From a virus, in the IMG/VR virus record IMGVR_UViG_3300009184_005291, positions 1 through 64,000 of that record: a stretch of DNA of 64,000 nt. One strand, 5' to 3'. The position numbers were made by a program, and so were the translations under genes. How positions within the stretch are numbered: position 1 is the stretch's first letter; each line of letters begins with the position of its first letter. Below are positions 23,672-34,105 of this stretch, in pieces. The notes under the pieces are model-generated. The model had not been told where the DNA came from, did not search any database, and saw nothing but the letters and a program-made list of their open reading frames with translations.

Positions 23672-24718
23672 ATGATAAGTTTAGAAACATTTGTTGCTCT
23701 GAGAAATTACGTCAAAGGAAAAATTGACGCTCATCAACTTATGGATGCAGACAAATTGTTTGATTCGATTAAAGAGAATTATAGATATCCTGCTGAAAGT
23801 ATTATTCGTATTGACTTCAGAAACAAAGAAGATCTTCTCAAAACCTTGGGATTAGCGGATGACGATATATATTTTTATTTTGATGTGACAAGTCCTTATA
23901 ATAGTTATGAGTTCATAGATCATTACTCCGCTATAGAAGAGTTCAAAGATGGGTATGGATTTTACAATTATTTAGATGAAGAAAATAAATATACCTTGTC
24001 TCAAATATCTCGTGCGATTTTACCAAAAAAAGTTGACTTTGGAGATGATGAATTTTTACAAGAATTATCCGCAGTTTTATTACAAAACTTCAAACAAGAA
24101 ACTGAAGATATAATTGATGAATACGCGGCCGAGAAAAATTATCAAATGAACCGAGAGGCATATAAAGTTGTAGAAAAGGAATTACAGGATTACACTGATT
24201 CATTAGCATTTGAGGTCACCGATTCGGGATTAAGAATTAGTGTTGGTCAACTAATACAACTTTATTTGATGGAGAATGCAATTCATATACCATTAAAAAA
24301 ATTGCTTGAAAAAGTTTTTGAATCTAACAAACAATATTTTGGATGGTCTGATGATATCTACGAATACGCCAATGATGACGATTTTGATTCGGTAAGTTTT
24401 AATAAATATGCTGGAAGAATATTAGATAATATTTTAGACAGAATCGTAGACGCTGGAGAAGAATTGGGAGTAGACATAAATGACTTTACCTCCATGACGG
24501 CAAGAATCGAAAAAAAGTTCAAAGCTGGAGAATGGTATTTTTTACCAAAAGACAAGACCAAACAGACTAGATTCAAAGTGGAGGGATTTGAATTTCCTAA
24601 TATGAAAATATCGGTATTATTACAAAAAGGATTGAAAGAAAAAAAAGTATCATTATCAGAACAAAATTTTTATAATTTATTATATCAACCATCATTATTC
24701 AGTTTGGATGAAATCTAA
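23672..24718 (+). CDS. acidic hypothetical protein
   Basis: 348 aa ORF with TATTTAT upstream. Confidence 0.7.
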   Translation: MISLETFVALRNYVKGKIDAHQLMDADKLFDSIKENYRYPAESIIRIDFRNKEDLLKTLGLADDDIYFYFDVTSPYNSYEFIDHYSAIEEFKDGYGFYNYLDEENKYTLSQISRAILPKKVDFGDDEFLQELSAVLLQNFKQETEDIIDEYAAEKNYQMNREAYKVVEKELQDYTDSLAFEVTDSGLRISVGQLIQLYLMENAIHIPLKKLLEKVFESNKQYFGWSDDIYEYANDDDFDSVSFNKYAGRILDNILDRIVDAGEELGVDINDFTSMTARIEKKFKAGEWYFLPKDKTKQTRFKVEGFEFPNMKISVLLQKGLKEKKVSLSEQNFYNLLYQPSLFSLDEI

Positions 24719-24738
24719 TTTATTTGTATCTTTATAAG

Positions 24739-25572
24739 ATGAACGATATAAATTTGCTCAAAGAAGTTTTGAGCGTACCTACAAAAACTAATCAAGAACA
24801 TCGGATGGTTGAATTTTTGGTTAATTGGTTAACTGAAAACAACATTGAACATTATGTCGATGACAAAATGAATGTCTATGCTACCAAGCAAGAGACATCT
24901 GATATTCCTGAAGATTTTTATTTTCCTTGTGTAATTTCACACACTGATACTGTCCACCACATAGATACAATTAACATCAGAGAAATGATGTTGGAAAATG
25001 CTCAAGGAGAACTTAAACCTTCTTTGAAAGCATTCAACGATATAGATTTGCCTACAGGTATTGGAGGAGATGATAAATGTGGTGTATTTGCTTGTTTAAC
25101 TTTATTAAAGGAATTACCAAATCTTAAAGCAGCATTCTTTGTTTCAGAAGAAACTGGATGTCACGGATCTCGTGCTGCAGATTCTAAATTTTTCGAAAAT
25201 GTTGGATATGGTATTCAGTTTGATGCTCCTGAAAATTGGATGATTACTGAAAAATGTTTTGGACAAGTATTATTCGACAGAGAAACAGAATTTTTTGAAA
25301 AAATTGATAAGGTTTTGACTGAGGGTATGGATAATGATAGAATGCAATATATGGTTCATCCGTACACAGATGTTTATGCTTTGAGAAGTAAATTTGACTT
25401 TTCTTGTATCAATTTTTCTATTGGTTATTATGATTACCATACTCCGAACGAATACGTAGTAATCGAAGATGTATTCAACGGAATAGAAATGGGTAGAAAA
25501 ATGATTGAAGAATTAGGATATAAGTTACATTTCAAAAAATCAGTCCCTAAAGGACAGTGGCATCCATTTTAA
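24739..25572 (+). CDS. M20/M28-like zinc peptidase
   Basis: SHTDTV, GGDDKCG, SEETG, YYDYH motifs. Confidence 0.8.
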   Translation: MNDINLLKEVLSVPTKTNQEHRMVEFLVNWLTENNIEHYVDDKMNVYATKQETSDIPEDFYFPCVISHTDTVHHIDTINIREMMLENAQGELKPSLKAFNDIDLPTGIGGDDKCGVFACLTLLKELPNLKAAFFVSEETGCHGSRAADSKFFENVGYGIQFDAPENWMITEKCFGQVLFDRETEFFEKIDKVLTEGMDNDRMQYMVHPYTDVYALRSKFDFSCINFSIGYYDYHTPNEYVVIEDVFNGIEMGRKMIEELGYKLHFKKSVPKGQWHPF

Positions 25573-26181
25573 TTAGATAAAATCCTCTAACTTATCTATG
25601 TGTCTTTTAACAATCGGGTGGTCTTGAATATCTTCATATTGACCTCCCGATTTTTTTATTTGTTTAATGTCGTTTATAATTTGTTGGATACCTCCACGAA
25701 CCATTTTGGACATCGAAGGATATTGTTGTACGTAAGGAGAAAGAGAAAATAATTTTTTCGCGATTTCTATTGGTATATTTAACTCGATTACGATTTTTGC
25801 CACCATATTTTTAGCAAACGCATCCGCATCCAATTCCATTTCCCAATATTGTTTATATAGTGCCTCAAAATCTTCTAAGTCGAAATCAGTTAGTGGATTG
25901 AGCATTTTCAAATCTCTCATTTGTTCTTCGTGCCTGAGTTCGTGAAATATGGTATACAGGAAATCTCCGATAGTCTCCATTTGTATTGGAGAACATATAA
26001 TTACTTGGTCACGAGTTCTCACTCCTTTGAATCCCGACGAACAAGAGTTCAAAAATTTTACGTTAATCTCATTATCTCGAATATAGTTTACGACAAAGTT
26101 TTCGATTGCATCAACTTTGGATTCTAATTCTGATGGGAAAGAATTTTTGAACTTTTCTAATAGTCTGGAAAAATTACTCAT
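25573..26181 (-). CDS. HExxH zincin-like protein
   Basis: IFHELRHEEQ plus downstream MELDADAFA. Confidence 0.65.
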   Translation of the reverse strand: MSNFSRLLEKFKNSFPSELESKVDAIENFVVNYIRDNEINVKFLNSCSSGFKGVRTRDQVIICSPIQMETIGDFLYTIFHELRHEEQMRDLKMLNPLTDFDLEDFEALYKQYWEMELDADAFAKNMVAKIVIELNIPIEIAKKLFSLSPYVQQYPSMSKMVRGGIQQIINDIKQIKKSGGQYEDIQDHPIVKRHIDKLEDFI

Positions 26182-26224
26182 AATTATAAATATAAAAAAA
26201 GGGGGAATTATCCCCCTTTTTAAT

Positions 26225-28240
26225 TTACCGTCCTTTCTTGACTACTTTGACTACTTCATCTTCGACTTTAATCACATAGGTTTTACCTGGTATGATTTTG
26301 TCGGTCAGAACTTCTTCAGATAATAAGTCTTCAACCTTATCTTGAATCGCTCTCTTGAGTGGTCTAGCACCGTATACCTCATCATATCCGATTTTTGATA
26401 GGTAATTCAAAAGTGATTCATCGTAAGTAATCTTATACTTCATTTCTTCAAGACGCTTCATCAACTTTTTAAGTTCGATGTCGGTGATTTTCTTAATGTC
26501 ATCTTGTGATAGAGAATTGAAAACGATAGTATCATCGATACGATTGATGAATTCAGGAGAGAAGAAATTTTTCATTTCTTTCATCAAGATTTCCTTCTTC
26601 GCTTCTTCGTTACTATAGGTATTGTTGGAGAATCCAATACCAGTTCCAAAGTCTTGTAATTTCTTCACACCAAGATTTGAGGTCAAGATGATAAGGGTAT
26701 TCTTGAAGTTAATCTTTCTACCCAAACTATCTGTAACGTGACCATCGTCCAAGATTTGAAGTAATACTGTAAACACATCTTTGTGAGCTTTTTCAACCTC
26801 ATCAAACAAGATGACAGAGTAAGGTTTATTCTTAACCTTTTCGGTCAACAATCCACCTTCTTCGTATCCAACATAGCCTGGAGGTGCCCCAACCAATTTG
26901 GATACGGTGTGTTTTTCTTGATATTCGGACATATCAACACGGATTAACGAATCTTCACTACCGAACATTTCTTTCGCTAGTTGTTTCGCTAAGTGAGTTT
27001 TACCAACACCTGTGGAACCCAAGAATACGAACGAACCAATTGGACGATTTGGATCTTTGATACCAAGTCGATTTCTCTTGATGGATTTTGCGACCTTGAT
27101 TACCGCAGCATCTTGACCAATTACGGTTCCAACAATATGTTTGTCCAAATTGATAAGTGCTTTAGTATCGTCAACCGACATTCTGCTCACAGGGATTTTA
27201 GTCATGTTTGATACCACATCATAAACATCCTCCAAGGTAATCTTTTGTTTGTCTTTGGACATTTGTTCTTCAAACTTTTGTTTTTCTTGTTCCAATTTGT
27301 CCAACAACTTTTTCTCTTTGTCTCTTAGATGTGCCGCTTGTTCGTAATTCTGTTTCTTAACAACATCCATTTTCTGTTGTTTAAGTTCTGCAGCTTTACG
27401 TTTCAAGTCTTCAATCGCTTCAGGAACTTTAAGTTCAGTCTGCATCTTAGCTCCAACTTCATCCAAAATGTCGAATGCTTTGTCAGGAAATTCACGGTCG
27501 GTAATATATCTGTCCGCCAACTTCACACAAGTTTCGATTACTTCATTTGAATAAATTACCTTGTGGTATGTTTCGTATTTATCTCGAACGTTATTCAAAA
27601 TTTGAATTGTTTCTGCTACGGTAGAAGGTTCCACAATCACTTTCTGAAATCTACGCTCCAACGCTCCATCTTTTTCAATGTGTTTTCTGAACTCATCCAA
27701 AGTTGTTGCACCGATTACTTGAATTTCACCACGAGATAATGCCGGTTTGAAGATGTTGGAACCATCCATAGTTCCTGATGAATTACCTGAACCAACTAAA
27801 GTATGAATTTCATCGATGAACACGATAATGTTCGGGTTCGCCTGAAGTTCTTCAATGATTACTTTCATTCTTTCCTCGAATTGACCACGGTATTTTGTAC
27901 CGGCAACAACTGAAGTCAAGTCCAAATTCACAAGTCGTTTATCCAACAAATTACGTGGACATTCACCATTCACAATTTTCATTGCTAAACCTTCAGCAAT
28001 AGCGGTCTTACCACAACCAGGTTCTCCGATAATGATTGGGTTATTCTTTTTTCTTCGTGAAAGAATCTGAGCAATTCTTAGGATTTCTCTATCCCTTCCG
28101 ATTACGGGATCTAGCTTACCTTCTTCGGCAAGTTTATTCAAATCTCTACTGAAATTGTCTAGTACAGGAGTCGAGCTGTCCGCAGCGGACTTCTGTTTTT
28201 TACTCATCATTTTGTCTTCGTCGTCCATTAAGTCGTTCAT
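26225..28240 (-). CDS. clpC: ClpC-like AAA+ ATPase lacking the N-terminal Clp repeat domain
   Basis: Walker A GEPGCGKT and GSTGVGKT, UVR-type middle domain, GIGF ClpP-docking loop, GARPLKR. Confidence 0.88.
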   Translation of the reverse strand: MNDLMDDEDKMMSKKQKSAADSSTPVLDNFSRDLNKLAEEGKLDPVIGRDREILRIAQILSRRKKNNPIIIGEPGCGKTAIAEGLAMKIVNGECPRNLLDKRLVNLDLTSVVAGTKYRGQFEERMKVIIEELQANPNIIVFIDEIHTLVGSGNSSGTMDGSNIFKPALSRGEIQVIGATTLDEFRKHIEKDGALERRFQKVIVEPSTVAETIQILNNVRDKYETYHKVIYSNEVIETCVKLADRYITDREFPDKAFDILDEVGAKMQTELKVPEAIEDLKRKAAELKQQKMDVVKKQNYEQAAHLRDKEKKLLDKLEQEKQKFEEQMSKDKQKITLEDVYDVVSNMTKIPVSRMSVDDTKALINLDKHIVGTVIGQDAAVIKVAKSIKRNRLGIKDPNRPIGSFVFLGSTGVGKTHLAKQLAKEMFGSEDSLIRVDMSEYQEKHTVSKLVGAPPGYVGYEEGGLLTEKVKNKPYSVILFDEVEKAHKDVFTVLLQILDDGHVTDSLGRKINFKNTLIILTSNLGVKKLQDFGTGIGFSNNTYSNEEAKKEILMKEMKNFFSPEFINRIDDTIVFNSLSQDDIKKITDIELKKLMKRLEEMKYKITYDESLLNYLSKIGYDEVYGARPLKRAIQDKVEDLLSEEVLTDKIIPGKTYVIKVEDEVVKVVKKGR

Positions 28241-28418
28241 AATGTTTTTTAGTTTTTACAAAGTAATAACAAATTTAGTTCTTATCCAAATGATTTGACA
28301 AATTGTCAGAAATATTTATTTTTATTAAATCTTTTTCTGACATAATGTCATATAAAAACCATCGGCATAAATCTTGAAACAAAGATAACAAATAAACTTA
28401 AAATAAAAAACTAAAATT

Positions 28419-28790
28419 ATGTTTGGTAACAGAAGATCGTATAACGACATTTTTAGAGCATTCGATGAAATGTTCACACAATTAACCCCAAATAACGGTG
28501 AGTGGAAAACTCAAAGTAAAGTTTCAGAAGATGGAACAATGAAAATAACTACGTATTACTACGACAACGCTAAAACAAACCCAACTTCAAAAAATCTGAA
28601 ACAACAACTTGAAATCGCAATTGAAAATGAAGATTTTGAAAAAGCGGTTGAACTAAGAGACCAAATCAAGAAATTGGATATCAATCAAAAGGAAATCAAC
28701 AAACTTGAAGAGGAACTCAAAAAATCAATCGAACAACAAAACTTTGAAAAATCAATTGAGATTCGAGACCAACTCAAAAAACTAAAGTAA
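28419..28790 (+). CDS. tandem UVR (UvrB/UvrC motif) protein
   Basis: AIENEDFEKAVELRDQIK and SIEQQNFEKSIEIRDQLK. Confidence 0.8.
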   Translation: MFGNRRSYNDIFRAFDEMFTQLTPNNGEWKTQSKVSEDGTMKITTYYYDNAKTNPTSKNLKQQLEIAIENEDFEKAVELRDQIKKLDINQKEINKLEEELKKSIEQQNFEKSIEIRDQLKKLK

Positions 28791-28869
28791 AATAATCCCC
28801 ACTCAAAAGGTGGGGATTTTTATTTTATATTGATTATCATACATAAAAAGTTTTATAATATTTATATTT

Positions 28870-29202
28870 ATGAAACCATTCGAAAGATATCTAACTCACT
28901 TAACCGACTTAAGAAAATTTTTGGACACATATTTGGAAATGAGACAATATTTCCAAGAATTAGATTTTTCTGAAAAGGACATGGAAAGTCCTCCAATGTA
29001 TACTGAAAAAATGTTTTTATATCATGAGAGATTAAATCGGCTCCATACTGACGTATTAAAACAAGTTAATGATTTTGGGTTTGATGTTTCTGAAGAAGAA
29101 TTTGATGATTTTATAGTACCACGACTGAAAAAGATAAACGAACTAATACCCCTTAAAGATGGCAATAGTAAAAGAACAGATATTGGGAACGAAGATTATT
29201 AA
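28870..29202 (+). CDS. hypothetical protein
   Basis: 110 aa ORF. Confidence 0.6.
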   Translation: MKPFERYLTHLTDLRKFLDTYLEMRQYFQELDFSEKDMESPPMYTEKMFLYHERLNRLHTDVLKQVNDFGFDVSEEEFDDFIVPRLKKINELIPLKDGNSKRTDIGNEDY

Positions 29203-29401
29203 TGAAATTAAATCTTCCAATATAAAAAAAACTGAATACGACACCGAAACCAAAAAACTCGTTATAGAATTTAATAATGGATTCAAATATGAGTACGATG
29301 ATGTTCCACATCAGATTTACACTAAATTTAGAATGTCAGAGTCTCAAGGGAAGTTTTTTACCACTGACATATCCAAGGCCTACAAGTACAAGAAGTTGTA
29401 G
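29159..29401 (+). CDS. KTSC domain protein
   Basis: SSNI..YD....LVIEFNNG..YEY.DVP......SESQGKFF. Confidence 0.85.
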   Translation: MAIVKEQILGTKIINEIKSSNIKKTEYDTETKKLVIEFNNGFKYEYDDVPHQIYTKFRMSESQGKFFTTDISKAYKYKKL

Positions 29402-29412
29402 TATTTATATAA

Positions 29413-30156
29413 ATGAATAACTTCCAAAAAATTCTTAATAGTTTTTCAGTACAGGAAACTCTCAACCCAAAAATTTGGCAGAATCCTGATGACCCTCAGA
29501 AATCAAAAATGATTCCTAAGGTGAAAAACGCATTGATGAGAATTGCGGAAGAATTTATTGAATATCTTGGAGAAGAAGTCTTTGTTGAAGATATTGTTTT
29601 GACTGGTTCATTAGCAAATTTTAATTGGTCTGAGTATTCAGATTTTGATTTACACATTATTGTTGATTTTCAACAATTCGAAGATGAGTCACCATTATAT
29701 AAAGAACTATATAATCTAAAGAAACAAGTATTCAACGACAAACACGATATCAAAATATTTGGATATGATGTTGAACTCTATGCTCAAGATAACGAGGAAC
29801 CACATTTTGCAACAGGTGTCTATTCTGTGATGAACGATGAATGGGTGACAAAACCTAAAAAGTTAGAAAATGAAATCGACAAAGCAGTTTTGGAGAAGAA
29901 AATCAAAAACTGGACAGAAAAAATAGACAAAGTAATTGAGACCGATGAACCTGAAGATGATAAAAAGTTAATCGATTCAATTAAAGATAAATTGAAAGAT
30001 TATAGAAAATCTGGATTAGAAAAGGAGGGGGAGCTCTCATATGAAAACTTGGTTTTTAAGTTTTTAAGAAGGTCAGGGCATATTCAAAAATTATTTGATA
30101 TTTCGAATAAAGCTCTCGATAAAGAGCTTTCTATCGAGAGAAAAATAGAAGACTGA
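29413..30156 (+). CDS. Pol-beta-superfamily nucleotidyltransferase
   Basis: LTGSLANFNWSEYSDFDLH (GS...DxD) and VELY. Confidence 0.75.
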   Translation: MNNFQKILNSFSVQETLNPKIWQNPDDPQKSKMIPKVKNALMRIAEEFIEYLGEEVFVEDIVLTGSLANFNWSEYSDFDLHIIVDFQQFEDESPLYKELYNLKKQVFNDKHDIKIFGYDVELYAQDNEEPHFATGVYSVMNDEWVTKPKKLENEIDKAVLEKKIKNWTEKIDKVIETDEPEDDKKLIDSIKDKLKDYRKSGLEKEGELSYENLVFKFLRRSGHIQKLFDISNKALDKELSIERKIED

Positions 30157-30209
30157 TACTTAGAACTTAATAATTGTGAATAATCATATATTTATAAAGA
30201 AAAACTTAA

Positions 30210-31619
30210 ATGGCTTTTAATTATTATATTGCGTCTTCTTGTAACTCTTCCACAAATTTATATGTAAAGTCGGAGGAAAATCTTATTGTGGGTAAAATCT
30301 ACGACTTAATCATCGAAGGTGGTGGGAACGGATGTTATTCAATTGATCCTGGTGTTGAAACACCATTGGCATTGACCGCAACAATTTTTAATGGACCATG
30401 GAATAATTGTCCTGAATGTTTGGGAGATATAACCCCAACCCCAACGGCATCAAATACTCCAACACCAACTGTTACTACAACTAATACTCAAACTCCAACT
30501 AACACTGCAACAAAAACTCCAACACCTACGCCAACTAATACACAAACTGCGACACAAACTTCTACTCCTACAGTAACTCCAACTAATACTACAACTCCGA
30601 CTGTAACTCCAACAAAAACAACAACTCCAACTAATACTACAACTCCGACTGTAACTCCAACAAAAACAACAACTCCGACTGTTACTACAACTAATACTCA
30701 AACTCCAACTAACACTGCAACAAAAACTCCAACACCTACGCCAACTAATACTACAACTCCGACTGTAACTCCAACAAAAACAACAACTCCGACTGTAACA
30801 CCAACTAATACCTCTACTCCAACAGTTACTCCAACAAATACTGTCACACCAACAAAATCTCCTTTACCTTTCACTTATTATATTATAACTCCGTGTGCGG
30901 GTGGAGAAGCGTTCTATGCCAAATTTATAGGTAACCTCATAAATAATAAAATTTATGATTTATCATTCGAAGACGCAAGTCATCAATGTTATACTGTTGT
31001 TGATGGATTTGAAACTCCATTAGCCCTAACAGTGACAATTTTTAACGGTCCTTGGAATACTTGTGTCGAGTGTCTTGATGATATAACTCCAACACCAACG
31101 GCATCAAATACTCCAACACCAACTCTTACTCCAACTAATACTCAAACACCAACTAACACTGCTACAAAAACTCCAACACCTACGCCAACTAACACACAAA
31201 CGCCAACTAATACTTCAACACAAACTCAAACACCAACTAACACATCGTCGGCAACAAGAACACCGACACCAAGTGTAACGTCAACTCAAACACAGACACC
31301 AACAAATACCGCAACAAGAACTCCGACTCCGAGCATCACTTCATCACCTACAGGAACAGCTGGACTGACACCTACACCAACAGGAACACCGGCATCGACT
31401 CCAACATCGACTCCAACACCAAGTGTAACTCCGTATCTTGTTATTGAAGTGAACCAACAATATGAATATACTCTTGGTATGTTGGGTTCATTTAGCGGAG
31501 GAACTGCACCGTCAGGTTCAACAGTTCCATATCAAGTCATGACTAGTGAAGATGGGGATGAAGTAATTGTACAACTAAACGCAATTTCTTTAGGAGGATT
31601 TCAAGGATTAAATAATTAA
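30210..31619 (+). CDS. Thr/Pro-rich mucin-like virion protein with duplicated Cys domain
   Basis: Two IFNGPWNxCxECLxDITPTPT domains each followed by long TPT repeats. Confidence 0.75.
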   Translation: MAFNYYIASSCNSSTNLYVKSEENLIVGKIYDLIIEGGGNGCYSIDPGVETPLALTATIFNGPWNNCPECLGDITPTPTASNTPTPTVTTTNTQTPTNTATKTPTPTPTNTQTATQTSTPTVTPTNTTTPTVTPTKTTTPTNTTTPTVTPTKTTTPTVTTTNTQTPTNTATKTPTPTPTNTTTPTVTPTKTTTPTVTPTNTSTPTVTPTNTVTPTKSPLPFTYYIITPCAGGEAFYAKFIGNLINNKIYDLSFEDASHQCYTVVDGFETPLALTVTIFNGPWNTCVECLDDITPTPTASNTPTPTLTPTNTQTPTNTATKTPTPTPTNTQTPTNTSTQTQTPTNTSSATRTPTPSVTSTQTQTPTNTATRTPTPSITSSPTGTAGLTPTPTGTPASTPTSTPTPSVTPYLVIEVNQQYEYTLGMLGSFSGGTAPSGSTVPYQVMTSEDGDEVIVQLNAISLGGFQGLNN

Positions 31620-31649
31620 AAAAAACAAAAAATATAAATAAATCATAAT

Positions 31650-32879
31650 ATGGGAGATTTGAAACCACTTGGCAGTGAAAAATTGACTGGACAAGACAAA
31701 ATAAAAAGAATCATGGAAATTGCTCGTTTCAATGAAGTGATACCAACAAATATTAATGAAACCGCAAGATCTGAATATTCAATTTCTTTAGCCGATGGTA
31801 ATCGGTATGAAATCGTTAAGGAAAGACAGGGTTATATTATTAAAAAAACCATTTCGGAATCTGAGACTGATTATATTGAGCCAATGAAAAATAGAAAATA
31901 CTATTCTTCATATTCTCAAGCATTCAAAAGATTAAATTTAGTTGCCGGAGAGTTGAACAGAATAAACGAAAACGAAGAAGGAGTTTCTTTATACGGAGAA
32001 CAAAAAAAGTTCACGTTAAAAACTCCTAAACCTGCTGAAGCTCCAGCGCCAGCGGCTGAAGTACCTGCAACTCCACCACCAGTTCCCGCTCCAGCATTAC
32101 CTCCATCCCCAAGTGCAGAAATGCCTGCAGGTGATGATATGGGTATGGGAGATATGGGTATGGAAGATATGGGTATGGCCCCTGAAGCGGAAGTTGAGGT
32201 TGACGCAACTATGGATGTTGAATCTCCTGAAACTGGTGAAGAAGAGACAGTAAGTTTCAGAACTATCCAAAAACTTACAGGTAAATTGACACAGAAAATC
32301 AGAACTTTGGATACACAAGAAGGAATGACTTCTGAAGATATTAAGTATGTAATCAACATGGTATTATCATCATTAGACCTTAAATCATTGTCTGAAGAGG
32401 ATAAAGAAGACATCATGGGTAAGTTCGATGAAGAATCTGAAGACTTAAGTGGTGATGATATGGGTGGATTGGATATGACTGACGATAGTGAAGTTGAAGA
32501 TATCCAAGCTGACATGGACGTTCCAGTGGAATCCGAAATGGAAGAAGGTGGATATGGAAATGGAGCTATCATCGATAGTATTTTCGGAGAATCTACGGTT
32601 GACAAAGTAATCTCTAAGTATTTCGAAATATCTAAAAAAGAAATTCTTGAAAGTAAGGAAAAAAATTTACAAAAGAAAAAAAGTGTAATTTCTCAATCAA
32701 AAAAACAGATGGAAGAAGTTATTAGACTGAGTGAAACTATTGAACAAGAATTAACGGCTAAAAAATTCTTAAATGAAAACTCCAACGCAAAAATTGTTGG
32801 ACTTACAAATAAGAAAAATTTAGTGTTTGAGAATAAAGGAAAACAGATTAAAATATCACCTGAAGGATTATTAGTATGA
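31650..32879 (+). CDS. acidic Pro-rich probable head-associated protein
   Basis: 409 aa in late operon. Confidence 0.65.
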   Translation: MGDLKPLGSEKLTGQDKIKRIMEIARFNEVIPTNINETARSEYSISLADGNRYEIVKERQGYIIKKTISESETDYIEPMKNRKYYSSYSQAFKRLNLVAGELNRINENEEGVSLYGEQKKFTLKTPKPAEAPAPAAEVPATPPPVPAPALPPSPSAEMPAGDDMGMGDMGMEDMGMAPEAEVEVDATMDVESPETGEEETVSFRTIQKLTGKLTQKIRTLDTQEGMTSEDIKYVINMVLSSLDLKSLSEEDKEDIMGKFDEESEDLSGDDMGGLDMTDDSEVEDIQADMDVPVESEMEEGGYGNGAIIDSIFGESTVDKVISKYFEISKKEILESKEKNLQKKKSVISQSKKQMEEVIRLSETIEQELTAKKFLNENSNAKIVGLTNKKNLVFENKGKQIKISPEGLLV

Positions 32880-33271
32880 GCAATTTGATATACGTAAATG
32901 GTTTAGGACCCAACTATAAGGGAGACAATCTTTACGAATTCATTTTCTCTGATAGTCTTGATGTTTGGGGAGATTCTTGGGAAAGTAGACCGGCTAACGG
33001 TTATCCAAGTCCTCCCGAATTACATCATATTAAAAAAGTAGGAGTTCTGAGAAATACTGATGTAAAATTGGAATTGATTCAGAACTCCGATTTTTTTTCT
33101 ATGGAAGATGCAATTGACGATGTGGTCGCATTAGCCTGGGAAACAGACGAAGATGGAAATCATAAAAGAATGGTTTTTAGATTTGGAATGTCCGAACAAC
33201 AAATAAAAGACAAACTCTACGAAAGAGATTTGATATTAGAATTCGAAAAAAAAGTAGTTTATGAAAGTTAA
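32876..33271 (+). CDS. hypothetical protein
   Basis: 131 aa, ATGA overlap. Confidence 0.7.
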   Translation: MSNLIYVNGLGPNYKGDNLYEFIFSDSLDVWGDSWESRPANGYPSPPELHHIKKVGVLRNTDVKLELIQNSDFFSMEDAIDDVVALAWETDEDGNHKRMVFRFGMSEQQIKDKLYERDLILEFEKKVVYES

Positions 33272-34103
33272 TAAAAAAGCACTTGAATTAATCGATAAAG
33301 GATTATCCGCAAATACTGTTAAAAAATTAACAGAATCTCAAATTAACATTCTTCATTCCAAACTATTCAATGAAGCAGTTACAACTACCACAACTACATC
33401 ATATAACATATCGACTGATGATGTAAAAAAAGGTGTAACATTACCAGAGGTACCTGGGAAAAAAATGACAATTCAACAAACTCAAACAGGAATAAAGGCT
33501 ACTCCAACTGAAGAAGTAAAAGAAACTGATGAGGTTGAAGTAACCTCCGACCCAAACAAGGAAACTGAAACTCAAGACCCAAAACAAGTGGGACCATCAT
33601 CAGATGATGGATTTGGTGATGAAACTGATGGAATGGGTATGTTTGAAAGTGAAGCAGACCTTAAGCCAGGACAACCAAATCCATGGGCAATATGTCATGC
33701 TCAGGTTGGGCCTAAAAAAACAAGAAAATTTGAAAGATGCGTAAAATCAGTAAAAAAACAGTTGGAAGAAGGAAAAAATCCTGTATCTTTGTTTATAGAA
33801 TCTGAAATTACTAAAATCGTGGAAAGAAACATACTACCGAGAATTACGAAAGGTGACTTATTGAAATATCTTTCAGAGGCATCTCATACCAAAATGAAGA
33901 AGGATACTGTAGAAGCAGCGGAACCAACTATTGCTCCGTCTAAACCAATTACTAAACCTGACACAAAACCAAGAACGAGACCATCTCACCCAGGCAAAAA
34001 TCCATTCCCTGGTGAAAAAGAAGCTCCGAGAGCTGGTAAAGTTTCGCCTGATGAAGCTAAGGACAAATTAATTGATGTGATATTAAATTTACTAAAAAAA
34101 TAA
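33261..34103 (+). CDS. hypothetical probable head-associated protein
   Basis: NPWAICHAQ...KFERCVKSVK module, many xxE sites. Confidence 0.65.
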   Translation: MKVNKKALELIDKGLSANTVKKLTESQINILHSKLFNEAVTTTTTTSYNISTDDVKKGVTLPEVPGKKMTIQQTQTGIKATPTEEVKETDEVEVTSDPNKETETQDPKQVGPSSDDGFGDETDGMGMFESEADLKPGQPNPWAICHAQVGPKKTRKFERCVKSVKKQLEEGKNPVSLFIESEITKIVERNILPRITKGDLLKYLSEASHTKMKKDTVEAAEPTIAPSKPITKPDTKPRTRPSHPGKNPFPGEKEAPRAGKVSPDEAKDKLIDVILNLLKK

Positions 34104-34105
34104 TC

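Noticed and set aside
30430-31430. Dense tandem ACTCCAAC-type repeats
   Set aside because: Encode Thr/Pro linkers with synonymous variation; not CRISPR or a DNA element
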